Made by a program: the position numbers and the translations under genes. Below the pieces are notes generated by a model. The model ran no database searches and was not told the DNA's origin. It saw only the letters and a list, made by a program, of their open reading frames with translations. A stretch of 64,000 nucleotides of DNA from a virus (lineage: Duplodnaviria > Caudoviricetes): the IMG/VR virus record IMGVR_UViG_3300028591_000073, positions 64,001 to 128,000 of that record. The stretch is one strand, 5' to 3'. Positions 38,756-49,267 of the stretch are shown here, piece by piece. Numbering within the stretch: position 1 is the stretch's first letter; each line of letters starts with the position of its first letter.

Positions 38756-38935
38756 ATGAATACAACCAATGTGGATATCAGTTGGAATGGTAAAGCCCCC
38801 GGTACCGACGAGGGCAAAACCACAACTGAATTGGACAAACCATTCATCATTAATGAACTAGATTTGTCGATATTAAATAGATTGCTAGGAACGGAGTTCC
38901 ATAAAATAGCATATATCGCAATTCCCAACAATTAA
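38756..38935 (+). CDS. Small hypothetical protein, 59 aa
   Basis: AAAGGAGTGA RBS; not in the ORF track. Confidence 0.55.
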   Translation: MNTTNVDISWNGKAPGTDEGKTTTELDKPFIINELDLSILNRLLGTEFHKIAYIAIPNN

Positions 38936-38954
38936 AAGAAAGTAGGTAATTATT

Positions 38955-39230
38955 ATGGATGAAAGATTTGCAGATAGATACAGAGAATTGATTATCGCTG
39001 CTCATAAGAAAACGCTTGAAAATTATTGTTATGGCATGAGTATTCCTAATGAGCCGTGTATTGTATCATCCGGGGATGTGACCAATAGATTTGGAAACAT
39101 GACATTCAATCCGCTTGTACCGCAGCGGACAATTTGTCCCGACAAGGATGTTATGGAAATGGTCTGGGAAGAATTCTCTGCTCCAAATGACAGAAAATAC
39201 AATCCACTCAACTATTTTGAAATAATATAG
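38955..39230 (+). CDS. Hypothetical protein
   Basis: GAAAGTAGGT RBS. Confidence 0.6.
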   Translation: MDERFADRYRELIIAAHKKTLENYCYGMSIPNEPCIVSSGDVTNRFGNMTFNPLVPQRTICPDKDVMEMVWEEFSAPNDRKYNPLNYFEII

Positions 39231-39305
39231 TATATTGTGATGTAGGCCGGCATATGCCGGCCTACTATCACTTGCACTATATTTCTCTTTTGGGAGGTGA
39301 GAAAA

Positions 39306-39452
39306 ATGAAGGTAACAAAAGATGAACTCGAGGCTCTGAAGACCCGAATCCAAAAGGACCTCGAGAAGACATCAAAGAACGCTGTTGTTACAGACGTCCA
39401 AGCTGTCAAATTACTTGGTTGCTATATTGCCCAGTACCTAGTAAGACAGTAA
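39306..39452 (+). CDS. Small hypothetical protein, 48 aa
   Basis: GGAGGTGA RBS; MKVTKDELEALK... Confidence 0.55.
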   Translation: MKVTKDELEALKTRIQKDLEKTSKNAVVTDVQAVKLLGCYIAQYLVRQ

Positions 39453-39544
39453 GTAACCCTCTAACATATTGTGGAGGAATTTATAAGACCAGCTCATGTC
39501 TTAAGAAACCGAGCATGTATATTTAATATGAAAGGAAAATTGTT

Positions 39545-40297
39545 ATGAAAGAATTCGATAAAATTGAACGCTTGGCATATGCCGCCAAGGAATTGGCTAA
39601 CAGCATTATGGATGTTGACTTTGACAAGGCTGTCAAGGTACTGGAACTCGTTAATGATACTGAATTCCTGACAGCTATGGATATCATCCGTGAAGCTATC
39701 GATGTCAAGAAAGAGGTTGCCGAAGAGCCTGTCAATAAAGTATCCGTATCTGAACCTGAACCTACTGCTGAGGATTGTCCTCAATTCGAGGCCCCCGATG
39801 GATATGTACGTGCCAAAGGTGAAGGATGTGAATCCGTATTAGTAAATAAAGAAGGCATAATTATCATCGGCAACCGGAAACTAAAAGGATACGAATTTAG
39901 TACAGAAGGGGATGCTGTGATATCTGTCCCCGGTAAACGCGGTACGAAAAAGGTCCGTGTTGATAAAATCATGGTGTCGACATTCTTCTCAAGGAAAGAG
40001 CAAGAGATAGCTAAACAATTGGGACTTGTGATAGTCCATAATAATGGCAATCGTGCAGATTGTCGGCTGAGCAACCTCAGACTCAGCAAAAGAGGTTCTG
40101 CCGAAAGAAACAAGCTGACATACCATGACGTTGAACAGGTATGCCAGAGTCTTGTTCAAAACAACTTCGACAGATGTAAGGTGTTCCGAGATTTACACTA
40201 CATTCGGAACATTCACACTATTTCAAACAGAAATATGTGCGATATCATTCACAAACAAGTTCCTGATTACGAGGACTTGATTAATAGATATTTCTAA
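39545..40297 (+). CDS. HNH endonuclease-like protein (possibly degenerate)
   Basis: VRVDKIMVSTF...IVHNNGNRADCRLSNL resembles HNH_3 (vHrlva..F...H.dg.k.nN...NL). Confidence 0.6.
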   Translation: MKEFDKIERLAYAAKELANSIMDVDFDKAVKVLELVNDTEFLTAMDIIREAIDVKKEVAEEPVNKVSVSEPEPTAEDCPQFEAPDGYVRAKGEGCESVLVNKEGIIIIGNRKLKGYEFSTEGDAVISVPGKRGTKKVRVDKIMVSTFFSRKEQEIAKQLGLVIVHNNGNRADCRLSNLRLSKRGSAERNKLTYHDVEQVCQSLVQNNFDRCKVFRDLHYIRNIHTISNRNMCDIIHKQVPDYEDLINRYF

Positions 40298-40353
40298 TGC
40301 CACATCCCTCCCTTCGGGGAGGGAACACAATTAAGAAAGCGAGGAAATTAATT

Positions 40354-40944
40354 ATGAAGAAACCCGAAAACGTAATCATGCATTTTGAAAATAATAACAC
40401 AGCGGAAAATCATCAGCTGTGTGCAAAATGTAATGGGGGTTGTTGCCGTCATTATTCTGGGGCGTACGGCCCGTGGCAATTGTTTGATAATCCGGAGGAT
40501 ATCACCCCGGAAGCAATCGCCAACCTGCTTAAAAAGACAGAGGAATACGTCCTTGACTGTTACGAGGGATATTCTGAAGAACATGATAATGGATGGTTCA
40601 TTCGTCCTCCTCATAAACCGAATGTACCGTGGGCGGGTTCCCCGTTCGAAATGGATATGTTTGGTCTGGAAGCACTTATGCTGTTCAAGGACATGTTCGG
40701 ACTTAATGATGGTGACAACCCATATGTCGACCGTTCATTCGGCGGTGAATGCATTCACTTCGTTGATAAGGTTGGTTGCAAACTGTCATATGATGAACGT
40801 CCCGTCATGTGTCAGGCACTGGTTGCTGAAGAGAACCAACAATGTGCAAATGGCTTCGGTAAAAAGGTCGCAGCTGATTGGTGGTCTGAGTATCATCACA
40901 TCATAGACAAAGCTTTGGACCTACTCGATGATGAAAATGATTAA
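40354..40944 (+). CDS. YkgJ-like cysteine-cluster (Fe-S/Zn) protein
   Basis: CAKCNGGCC...CIHF....CKLSYDERPVMC. Confidence 0.75.
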   Translation: MKKPENVIMHFENNNTAENHQLCAKCNGGCCRHYSGAYGPWQLFDNPEDITPEAIANLLKKTEEYVLDCYEGYSEEHDNGWFIRPPHKPNVPWAGSPFEMDMFGLEALMLFKDMFGLNDGDNPYVDRSFGGECIHFVDKVGCKLSYDERPVMCQALVAEENQQCANGFGKKVAADWWSEYHHIIDKALDLLDDEND

Positions 40945-40972
40945 TGAAAGTGAGGAAAGGAGGAAATCGAAT

Positions 40973-41197
40973 ATGTACCCTAGAATGAAAGAGCTCCGCA
41001 AAGAGCATGAACTAACGCAAGCTGATGCTGCTAAACTGTTAGGAGTATCTACGAATCATTACGGAAAGTATGAACGTGGAGAAACTGATATTCCACTTAA
41101 ACATGTGATGGAGTTATGCACCTATTACAAGGTGTCACTCGACTACTTCATCGGATGGTCACGTTATCGCAGTGAGAATGACAGAGACTTGTTGTGA
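40973..41197 (+). CDS. XRE/Cro-CI-family helix-turn-helix regulator
   Basis: RMKELRKEHELTQADAAKLLGVSTNHYGKYERGETDIP...VSLDYFIG. Confidence 0.9.
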   Translation: MYPRMKELRKEHELTQADAAKLLGVSTNHYGKYERGETDIPLKHVMELCTYYKVSLDYFIGWSRYRSENDRDLL

Positions 41198-41242
41198 AAC
41201 TGATGAAATTTCAGCATTGAGAAATTTGAGGAGGAAATTATT

Positions 41243-41593
41243 ATGATGACTCATCAGAAACAAATTAAGGCATTTTTCGATAAATCTCGATACATTGTGA
41301 AAACATATTTGCGAGAAAAATTCCCATCAATCAGAATAATTGACATTTACCAGGGAGACCCAATTGTTCCGTGGAGAACGTATTCCGGATTCGGTTATGG
41401 TCCTGAATGGGAATGGAGAGGCGGATATGTTGAGCTCATTGTCGAATGCAGTATCAAAAAGGACGTTGTAATCAGTATCTGTGAAGATTGGTTCTGGTGT
41501 CACTGGAGCTTCAAAATCAAAAAGGGCAGGCACAAAATGTACTTCAGATTCCGGCGGGATGGTGGTTCTCCAGAACTCGTTTATTTCGATTAA
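41243..41593 (+). CDS. Hypothetical protein
   Basis: GAGGAGG RBS. Confidence 0.65.
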   Translation: MMTHQKQIKAFFDKSRYIVKTYLREKFPSIRIIDIYQGDPIVPWRTYSGFGYGPEWEWRGGYVELIVECSIKKDVVISICEDWFWCHWSFKIKKGRHKMYFRFRRDGGSPELVYFD

Positions 41594-41725
41594 AAGCATC
41601 GTCAATTTAACAACGGGGCATATGCCCCGTTGTTTTTCTTGTACTGTTCACATTTCATTCTCTTTAGTTCAATACTGAATCTATTTTTAATAAACACAAT
41701 ATCACACCTATTAATTCAACTTTTC

Positions 41726-41760
41726 ATCTATATATAATTAATATGATATAGAAATATATC
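41726..41760 (+). promoter_or_regulatory. Putative early phage-RNAP promoter
   Basis: ATCTATATATAATTAATATGATATAGAAATATATC, repeated at 49210 and 60108. Confidence 0.7.
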
Positions 41761-41864
41761 AATACATCCAAAGAGGAAGTGATTCCCATGATCCATTAAT
41801 TTCACATCTGCCGAACGCGGAATGTCGTGATGACATACCTACATGAGGAAAGGAGGTGAATGAG

Positions 41865-42503
41865 ATGAGATATTTGGATGAAATTTGGACATATATCCTC
41901 AGTAATTCATTTGGTAATATTACCAAAGAAACATATGTGTCCGAATTTGGAGATATTACCATTACCGAAAAGGATGACGTAATTGTTATCAAAATTGGTG
42001 ATGAACATACTATCTCCATGGATGTTTCGGGTCTGAAATACAGTAACCCGAAATTTCAATATCCGCATCGTCTTGACCATGTTAAGACGATGCTAACGTA
42101 TAAAATTCTCGAAAGAGTAATCGATGTGCTTAGAAAACGGGAAGTCAGATTTTTAGGTAATATTCTCGAAGACATCGGTTACTATAATTTCGAGGAAGTT
42201 GAAGAAGAAGAACTCGATATTATTATGGATTGCGCTCTAATTGAGTCGGGATTTATGGATGATGACGAGTTACAGGATGTCTTAAATGACAACTGGGAAT
42301 TTGAAAATAAAATAAAGTTAATAAAAGTTGTCTATCATGCAGGCAAACTGGACTGTTTAAAAGCATATTTCAAAGGATTGCATAACAATCAGGAAATTCT
42401 TGATATTGTTATGAAGTTTAATGAAATGAGAGAATATGATATCCAATTGTTTATCAATGATATCATGAAAAACAAACCCTTTGAAAGGGATTGGGAATTA
42501 TAA
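41865..42503 (+). CDS. Hypothetical acidic protein (cassette gene)
   Basis: AAGGAGGTGA RBS; lies between the promoter motif and a terminator. Confidence 0.7.
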   Translation: MRYLDEIWTYILSNSFGNITKETYVSEFGDITITEKDDVIVIKIGDEHTISMDVSGLKYSNPKFQYPHRLDHVKTMLTYKILERVIDVLRKREVRFLGNILEDIGYYNFEEVEEEELDIIMDCALIESGFMDDDELQDVLNDNWEFENKIKLIKVVYHAGKLDCLKAYFKGLHNNQEILDIVMKFNEMREYDIQLFINDIMKNKPFERDWEL

Positions 42504-42509
42504 TTTATA

Positions 42510-42545
42510 AAAAGACGCTGTTCCACTCCAGCGTCTTTTTTCTTG
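42510..42545 (+). terminator. Rho-independent terminator with TTCCACTC loop
   Basis: AAAAGACGCTG-TTCCACTC-CAGCGTCTTTT followed by TTCTTG. Confidence 0.75.
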
Positions 42546-42604
42546 CAAAATATAAATTATACATGGACCCCCCCCCATGTGGGGGTCCATAATTACATCA
42601 TTTA

Positions 42605-44044
42605 TTACATTTCTTCCAAGAGTCCAGAATACTGATGATCATCAAAATCAATTGTCACTTTGATTTGTTTTTTCTCGTCAGTTTTCTGTACTACTGGTTC
42701 AATTGTGGTATTATCATTCTGATTCAGTAATGCATTAACTGCTTTCTGTACAGCGGCATAGTCATAACCAGCTTCTGTCAAACGTTTTTTTCTTTCGTCT
42801 CCGTTACCCCATTGAGCAGACAATACTTCTTTTGCAATTTCTTCCACGGATTTTGTGGGAGTTGATTGAGATGTTGGTGTACTACCTTTCGGGAATCCAT
42901 TTAATCCAGCAGCTTTGATAATACTTGGGAAATTCTTATAGCAGTAATCCATATCAACATTTCCAGTGATTCCATTAACATGACCAGTATCACCATACTG
43001 CCACATATCAACAGTTCCTGAATAATTCAGCTTACTATTGTATTCAGCCAGCCATAGCGTATACTTGTCTTTGATATCAGATTCCATGTATGTGGTAAAT
43101 GGACTTCTGCTCATGTACAACCCAGCATAATATCCAGCTTCTTCCAGTACTCCACAAAATGCGCGAACCATTGCGGAACAATTGGATTTTCCTGTATTGA
43201 ATGCACTCTTTTCTTCAAGATCAAAGTATACCGGATATTCAAACTGTTTACCTTTAATCACATTGAGGAATACTTGTGCTTCTTGTTTTACTTCAGATAC
43301 AGATGTCGCATAAGAATACCAATATGTGCCAACTGGAATACCATACTTCTTACATCCAGCATAATATTCTTCAAACTTCACATCCTTCTGAGATGCAAGT
43401 TTGCCATAACCGGCACGGATGATTGCATAATCTACATTCTTGGATAATGTTGCAAAATCAACTGTTCCATTGTGCTTGGATAAATCCACACCTTTTAATT
43501 GTGTACTCATGGTTGTTTCTCCTTTCTTAGTTTCTGTTGTTGTAGGTGGTTTATATTTTTCTCCATATACTTCTTCTTTGGTTAATCCGTAATACTTGTA
43601 GAAATCATCAGTTAATGTGTGATAGTTAATGATTTCATTTCCCATGTAAATATTGGAAGTACGAACATCCAAATGAATCCAAGTATATGCAGAATTAATG
43701 TTTGCAATTCCACCAAATCCAAGATCTTGGGCAACGCAAGACACAATCTTAGTGGAGATTGCTTTGTTGTTCTGGTCATAACAATATACATCAGCGGCTT
43801 TTCCAAGAATGTGTTGACCCACACCGGAATTACCAATCTTCTTATCGTACTCAGAACAACGATGTCCAGATGATACAATGATTTTGGAGCAATCAAGTGT
43901 GTCAAACAAACGTTCCAACTGATATACCAATTCTTGTGATATCAGAATATCATGTGTCTTTCCACACTTACAACGAAACTCTTGTACATTGAAATGTTTG
44001 GACAATTGTGTTTTGTCATTGTATGCATATGAAATGACTGCCAT
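42605..44044 (-). CDS. Modular endolysin: peptidase M15 + GH25 muramidase + CW_7 (Cpl-7) cell-wall-binding domain
   Basis: LSKHF...EFRCKCG, SSGHRC, H..GKAAD and HLDVR (M15); GVDLSKHNG, IIRAGYG, YWYSYA, FDLEE and WQY (GH25); EIAKEVL..QWGNG.ERK.RL..AGYD...VQ..VN (CW_7). Confidence 0.92.
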   Translation of the reverse strand: MAVISYAYNDKTQLSKHFNVQEFRCKCGKTHDILISQELVYQLERLFDTLDCSKIIVSSGHRCSEYDKKIGNSGVGQHILGKAADVYCYDQNNKAISTKIVSCVAQDLGFGGIANINSAYTWIHLDVRTSNIYMGNEIINYHTLTDDFYKYYGLTKEEVYGEKYKPPTTTETKKGETTMSTQLKGVDLSKHNGTVDFATLSKNVDYAIIRAGYGKLASQKDVKFEEYYAGCKKYGIPVGTYWYSYATSVSEVKQEAQVFLNVIKGKQFEYPVYFDLEEKSAFNTGKSNCSAMVRAFCGVLEEAGYYAGLYMSRSPFTTYMESDIKDKYTLWLAEYNSKLNYSGTVDMWQYGDTGHVNGITGNVDMDYCYKNFPSIIKAAGLNGFPKGSTPTSQSTPTKSVEEIAKEVLSAQWGNGDERKKRLTEAGYDYAAVQKAVNALLNQNDNTTIEPVVQKTDEKKQIKVTIDFDDHQYSGLLEEM

Positions 44045-44196
44045 AACTTTTCTTCTCTCCTTTCTAAAAAGAAATGTTTACTTTTTTGTGAATCAAGTAG
44101 TAAATAGATGCTGGAATACTACAAAATTGAAAATTAATATGAATGAATAGAGCCCCCATATGGGGGCTCTATCATATACATAGTTCATTTCATAAA

Positions 44197-44622
44197 TTAG
44201 CCAATCTTATAATACTTACCACCATATGTAAGAATGACATTGTTTCCACCATCGATGAAGATGTCACCATCCACAGGCTTGTATTCGGTTTCTGTTGCAT
44301 CATCGCCTTCGCCTTCAACGATTGTGACGGGATCTTCACCAATGTCTCCGGCAGTCAGTGTTTCACTGATTTTACCACGAACAGATGTCTGTGCAGATTG
44401 TGCAGATCTTTCAGCAAGGAATTTATCCAAACCTTTTTCGGTAATCAATGTATTTGTTGTTGCATCAAATACTCTGAGCTCTTTATGAGCAAGGAGATGT
44501 TTCAAACCATCCAGATCAGTTTCATACCCCTCATAAGGAGTTGCTAGATTCTGTTCATGATCAAAGATAAAATCTCTCTTTTTGTCTGTGTCGTAAATGT
44601 TTAATGTAATCTTCATTATCAT
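44197..44622 (-). CDS. Hypothetical late protein
   Basis: GAAAGGA RBS. Confidence 0.6.
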   Translation of the reverse strand: MIMKITLNIYDTDKKRDFIFDHEQNLATPYEGYETDLDGLKHLLAHKELRVFDATTNTLITEKGLDKFLAERSAQSAQTSVRGKISETLTAGDIGEDPVTIVEGEGDDATETEYKPVDGDIFIDGGNNVILTYGGKYYKIG

Positions 44623-44645
44623 CGTATCCTTTCTTATTTTTAAAA

Positions 44646-45218
44646 TTACCGATAAACATCGGTGCCAAACTTAACATTCGGCTGTTCTTTGAAGATTTCT
44701 CTGGCAATGTCTTCTGCAAGACCATTGAAGTTGCCATAGTAGTCACCAAGGTCATCATTGAAGAACTGGATCACCTCAGGTGCAAACAATACAAATGTTG
44801 TACCACCAATAATCGGATTGGCAGAAACCTGAATGTCGGAAAGAACCTCATTTCCAGTGAATGCAGTCTTGTAATCCATGTCTGTGATAGCTTCCATATT
44901 TTCCTGATATTCGAAGTTGACGAATAGCTTGATATTACCAAATACATATTCGCTCTTCAGAATCTTTTCGATTGCTTTCAGCTTTGCTGTATTACGAGAA
45001 CCGATGGAGAATGCATAATTATGGGCTCCGATCAACTGCTGGCAATCGGTGATTTCAAGTTCTTCATCTGTTTCAAAGAGAGCCTTAATCTTCTTATAAG
45101 TTTCAATCCACGGAGAAGAGATTCCGACTTTCTTGTTAGAAGAAGTAACTACAGCAGTTGCAACCTTTGCATCAGTTGCCGGGGTTTCTGTAACTGTTGT
45201 TTTTGTTGTGTTTTCCAT
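44646..45218 (-). CDS. Conserved-looking hypothetical phage protein
   Basis: GAAAGGCGG RBS; SPW..YKKIKALFE.D and VIQFFNDDLGDYYG motifs. Confidence 0.65.
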   Translation of the reverse strand: MENTTKTTVTETPATDAKVATAVVTSSNKKVGISSPWIETYKKIKALFETDEELEITDCQQLIGAHNYAFSIGSRNTAKLKAIEKILKSEYVFGNIKLFVNFEYQENMEAITDMDYKTAFTGNEVLSDIQVSANPIIGGTTFVLFAPEVIQFFNDDLGDYYGNFNGLAEDIAREIFKEQPNVKFGTDVYR

Positions 45219-45270
45219 AATGAAAACCGCCTTTCATATAAATTTATGGAATTGTTTATTTTCATATATT

Positions 45271-45996
45271 TCATGTTGCTGAAATCCATGTTTGTGTCCA
45301 TTCATATTCATAACTGATATTTGCTCCAGAATAGTAGTAATCCAAATTTCCACCGGTTGTGACTCTCATCAATACTGGTGTTTCAACGATTTGTTGACCA
45401 CAATACACAGTTGATATTGGTCGATATGCAGATGGAATGACACCGGAAGAGCCATAATTCACCCATTGACCTGTAGTAAAGTTGCTGGCTAAACTATCTC
45501 CAACAATCTGGAATGATGCTTGTACAATTCTTCCACATTTATAAAGACGGATGCCACCACCGGGAACAGCAACTGTCGTGCTTGTGACAGTTTGTAAATT
45601 TGCAACATCATTTTGTAATGTCGTAACATCTGTTGCTGTATGCACTTGAAATGCTTTCCACTTAACAAGCAATGTATTTTGAGGAATAGTTCCATTGGAT
45701 GAGACACTGATATTGAGATCAAATCCAGTGGTTCGTTTTTCACCAACATATATCATTACATTATTCCAATAGGAACCTGTCAATTGATAATCCACCATAT
45801 AATTTGTATCCGACATTGGAGTACTGAATGTGACGGGTTCACTCTCCCATGGATTAGTATCAGTTGGTGTGAGTGGTGGGATTACACATGTTCCGGCACG
45901 CACATCTGTTGTTCCTATTACAAGTTCACCAGATTGTCCATTTAGTCCAGATACTGGTAATAATACACCGGCATTATTATTATAAAATAAACTCAT
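45271..45996 (-). CDS. Tail-fibre-associated protein
   Basis: Beta-rich; VTFSTPM..TNY.V and KRTTGF motifs; C-terminal LYKCGRIV...IPSAYRP tail-fibre-tip-like segment. Confidence 0.55.
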   Translation of the reverse strand: MSLFYNNNAGVLLPVSGLNGQSGELVIGTTDVRAGTCVIPPLTPTDTNPWESEPVTFSTPMSDTNYMVDYQLTGSYWNNVMIYVGEKRTTGFDLNISVSSNGTIPQNTLLVKWKAFQVHTATDVTTLQNDVANLQTVTSTTVAVPGGGIRLYKCGRIVQASFQIVGDSLASNFTTGQWVNYGSSGVIPSAYRPISTVYCGQQIVETPVLMRVTTGGNLDYYYSGANISYEYEWTQTWISAT

Positions 45997-46016
45997 ATGT
46001 TTGTTCCACCTACCTT

Positions 46017-46529
46017 TCATTCATTTGTCATATAAGTTCCTTGTACAACATAGGGTGTTGTTGAACTTGCGATTGTGAGTGTTGTTAATAGGGGAAGTGC
46101 TCCAACTGTATTCTCCGCAAGATAACATGATGAAACAGGAGCACTATTGTAGGGATTCGTTGTAATAGGGAAACGATACTGATATCCAATTTGTCCTGTA
46201 TTTTGAATGATCTGAGGCATTCCAGATTTAATAATTCTGGAATAGGGGTCTTTATTCGCAGAAGAATAGAAATAGATTGCAAAATGACAAATGTGATTGT
46301 GCACGAAACAGAACGAATTATTTTCAATCGTAATATTATCTCCTGCAACTAATTGTGATGTATAGTTCTTAAACTGATTATCTGTCCAATCATCCGTAAA
46401 ACATACAAGACAATTCTTTGGTTTATTTTCATCATCTAAAGCTTCCCATGCATCTTTTGTACCAACCCATGTTCGTTGTGTAGAATCCAATGGGTTCAAT
46501 GCACCATTTTGATATGCGTATATTGCCAT
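46017..46529 (-). CDS. Tail-fibre-associated protein
   Basis: WVGTKDAWEAL...VCFTDD module shared with 46550..47671. Confidence 0.55.
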   Translation of the reverse strand: MAIYAYQNGALNPLDSTQRTWVGTKDAWEALDDENKPKNCLVCFTDDWTDNQFKNYTSQLVAGDNITIENNSFCFVHNHICHFAIYFYSSANKDPYSRIIKSGMPQIIQNTGQIGYQYRFPITTNPYNSAPVSSCYLAENTVGALPLLTTLTIASSTTPYVVQGTYMTNE

Positions 46530-46549
46530 ATGATATCACACTCCTATTA

Positions 46550-47671
46550 TTATCTAACGTACAACTCTACAGGACCATCAAGAACATACTCGGTTTCCGC
46601 CACAATAGCTGGAGTTCTAACGGTGATTGAAACTGTTGCATTGTTTTGTATAAGATATACTGAGTATGGTTGATTAGAATTCATATCCACAAGTACATTA
46701 CCACAAGTTCCAATTAATGTTTTTCCACCGATCAATGATGATGGGAATGTTGCAACTTGTGCATATCCACCGGAATAGTTTGCAGTGAATCTTAATGCTT
46801 CAAAATATATTTGATAATGATATTCCGAAAGTTTACGAAGTTTGACAGAAGAGGTCGATAAATATGTTGCAACTGATCCACTTGTAATGCTTGATTTAAT
46901 ATTTATTTGCGCAGCTGGTTGTGCATTAATTGCTTCATATACTGCATTACCAGATACAGGGTTCTCAGAACCTTGTACGACTTCAGAATCCATCACAAAT
47001 CCAGCTTGTGCTTCGTCCGTAAATGCAACAATCATTCCAGAATATTCCGCTTTTTTAGGAGCAGACAATGCCATCCATTCTGCACGAGTTCCGATCCAAT
47101 AATCCAAATCTGTATTAGATTCTGAATCACCAGATGATGAAGAATTCGGATGTAATTTATATTTAATGATGTAATTAACACCCATCTGTTTACCGTGAGT
47201 AGTTGTGCCTGCACGACCTACTGAAATGTGACCTACCTCGCTACCATATTCTCCAGAGTTCGAAGAAGGTGTCCATGGTCCAGTCCCACCTGTACCTGCA
47301 TATGATGAACCATCTGTATCATCTGAAAAACGATAGTGTCTGTGCTGTTGCAACTGGTCATCTTTAAATTGACCAAGTGTGTAAGTGTCGTGTGTTGCAA
47401 CACCGCTGGCTCTTGTACCTACACCAACAAGAACAGTTTCTCTCAAATCCGGAACATTGAAATGTGTATCGTCAACTTGACCATATGTTGTACCAATCGC
47501 AGTATACAACTCAGGATATTTTGAGATTTCATAACTTGTACCGTCACACAATAGATATGTGTCTGGTACGGTTGAACCAGCAAATGCCATGATTGTTCCA
47601 ATTGGAGCAGTCGAGTACATTGTGATATCACCAGTTCCATAATATTGACCTTTTCTAATAATCACTGCCAT
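46550..47671 (-). CDS. Tail collar domain protein
   Basis: PIGTIMAFAGSTVPDTYLLCDG....KYPELYTAIGTTYG....FNVPDLR...VNYIIKY. Confidence 0.9.
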   Translation of the reverse strand: MAVIIRKGQYYGTGDITMYSTAPIGTIMAFAGSTVPDTYLLCDGTSYEISKYPELYTAIGTTYGQVDDTHFNVPDLRETVLVGVGTRASGVATHDTYTLGQFKDDQLQQHRHYRFSDDTDGSSYAGTGGTGPWTPSSNSGEYGSEVGHISVGRAGTTTHGKQMGVNYIIKYKLHPNSSSSGDSESNTDLDYWIGTRAEWMALSAPKKAEYSGMIVAFTDEAQAGFVMDSEVVQGSENPVSGNAVYEAINAQPAAQINIKSSITSGSVATYLSTSSVKLRKLSEYHYQIYFEALRFTANYSGGYAQVATFPSSLIGGKTLIGTCGNVLVDMNSNQPYSVYLIQNNATVSITVRTPAIVAETEYVLDGPVELYVR

Positions 47672-47689
47672 ATTGATTCACAACCTTTC

Positions 47690-49141
47690 TTATTCGATTC
47701 CCCAACATGCGTAGTGATTTAGAAACCAGCGATAAACACCACTCGATGCTGAATTATCCGATGTAATTTTAATGGTATCACCTTTATTCACGAATATTGT
47801 CGGTGTCCATGAAAATGAGATTTGCTCCAATTCTGTCTCACCATCACTCGTTGTTGCCCATACAGGAAAACTTGTCGTAAGCTGATTATTAATATAAATG
47901 AATACAGTGTTACCTTGTCCTTGTTTCATTAATGAAAATTGATAAGCTCCGGTAACTCGTGCGGTATGCGTCCATGCAGTACTTGTATCAAGAAACATGC
48001 GAATACCCGCTCCGACAACACGTTTGGTTGGATTGAATAATGCATTCAGTGGTGCTAACGCATTATAAATTCCTCCGCTTGTTACATACTTAGCAGAATC
48101 TAGCACGGGAGATGTGTCGGTGTGATTTGTTTGTAACTCTCCAATTGCTGCTTCCACCATATCCACATCATCAAATGGTGAGTCTTTATCTTTCACAAAC
48201 CATGTGATGTCAGATTCTTTCTGTTCATCTGATAAAGTGGCATATAATTGATTTGTGATTTCAACATGCATTGGAACAACTGTACTTTCTTCAAAGGTAT
48301 GATCCTCTGTTATCTTATACACCTTTCCATCATTGCAACTATAACAATATTGTCCAACACTGAAATCCAATGGTGCTTCAGATGTATCTGCGATTGCAAT
48401 ACAATCTACGACACTATCCGCATTACTTGCTTCCATCACAGGAATGGCAACCCAAGAATATTGAATTGGTGATACCGACATATCTGCAATACATTGATAG
48501 AAATATCCATTTGTGTAATCATCAGTGGTATTACCGATGTATTGGTATATCACACCAACATTTGATGATGATGCAGTTGGTAAAGTTGCTACTTGGATAA
48601 TATTGTTTTCGATATCAGAATACCTCGCAAGTTCAATAGCTTCATCATTCTCATCATCACCAAGGTAAACATGATCAGAGACTCGATATAGCTTATCTTT
48701 AATATCAGTATCTTCTGGAAGGTTTTCCACATCCTTCAGAAAAGAATCAACAAATAATCCATCTTCCAATTGTTGGATTTGATTCTCTTCTTCTGTTGAG
48801 ATTGTTAATGTACCACTCTGGACTTCCTTTTCTACCCATCCATATGCAGTACCACCACTGCCATCATCTATAATGGCACACTGGTAAAAGTATCCATTCA
48901 CATAATCATCGGTAGTATCACCGGTGTATTGATAAACGGTGCCAAACAATTCTTCGGTTGCTGTTGGTAATTCATTCATTTGAATGGTTTGGACTTCTGA
49001 ATTCAAATTAGCCCATTTTTCTTCCAATGAATCACCATCATTGAACCAAACATCGGATGCAATTGCAACGGGGAATGTACCCTTCGATGTGGTATTGGCA
49101 GAGTTATTTGGTCTTGCCGTATCGGCAAACTTAATAGCCAT
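47690..49141 (-). CDS. Tail-fibre-associated protein with internal duplicated module
   Basis: IQ...LPTA.....G..YQY.G.TTDDY.NGYFYQC occurs twice. Confidence 0.55.
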   Translation of the reverse strand: MAIKFADTARPNNSANTTSKGTFPVAIASDVWFNDGDSLEEKWANLNSEVQTIQMNELPTATEELFGTVYQYTGDTTDDYVNGYFYQCAIIDDGSGGTAYGWVEKEVQSGTLTISTEEENQIQQLEDGLFVDSFLKDVENLPEDTDIKDKLYRVSDHVYLGDDENDEAIELARYSDIENNIIQVATLPTASSSNVGVIYQYIGNTTDDYTNGYFYQCIADMSVSPIQYSWVAIPVMEASNADSVVDCIAIADTSEAPLDFSVGQYCYSCNDGKVYKITEDHTFEESTVVPMHVEITNQLYATLSDEQKESDITWFVKDKDSPFDDVDMVEAAIGELQTNHTDTSPVLDSAKYVTSGGIYNALAPLNALFNPTKRVVGAGIRMFLDTSTAWTHTARVTGAYQFSLMKQGQGNTVFIYINNQLTTSFPVWATTSDGETELEQISFSWTPTIFVNKGDTIKITSDNSASSGVYRWFLNHYACWGIE

Positions 49142-49209
49142 ATTATAGCATCTCCTTTCTTAAATTAAAAAAGTTACAAATTTGTGACCGACTATTTCGC
49201 TCCTCGAAA

Positions 49210-49240
49210 TATATATAATTAATATGATATAGAAATATAT
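49210..49240 (+). promoter_or_regulatory. Putative early phage-RNAP promoter
   Basis: TATATATAATTAATATGATATAGAAATATAT. Confidence 0.7.
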
Positions 49241-49267
49241 TAATTCATATAGAAAGGAGTGATTAGT

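Noticed and set aside
40973-41197. Lysogeny module implied by the XRE repressor
   Set aside because: There is no integrase, divergent cro/cI pair or att site in the window; the gene sits within a co-directional early operon.
45271-49141. Diversity-generating retroelement or invertible tail-fibre shufflon
   Set aside because: I saw no reverse transcriptase, no template/variable repeat pair, no invertase and no inverted cassettes.
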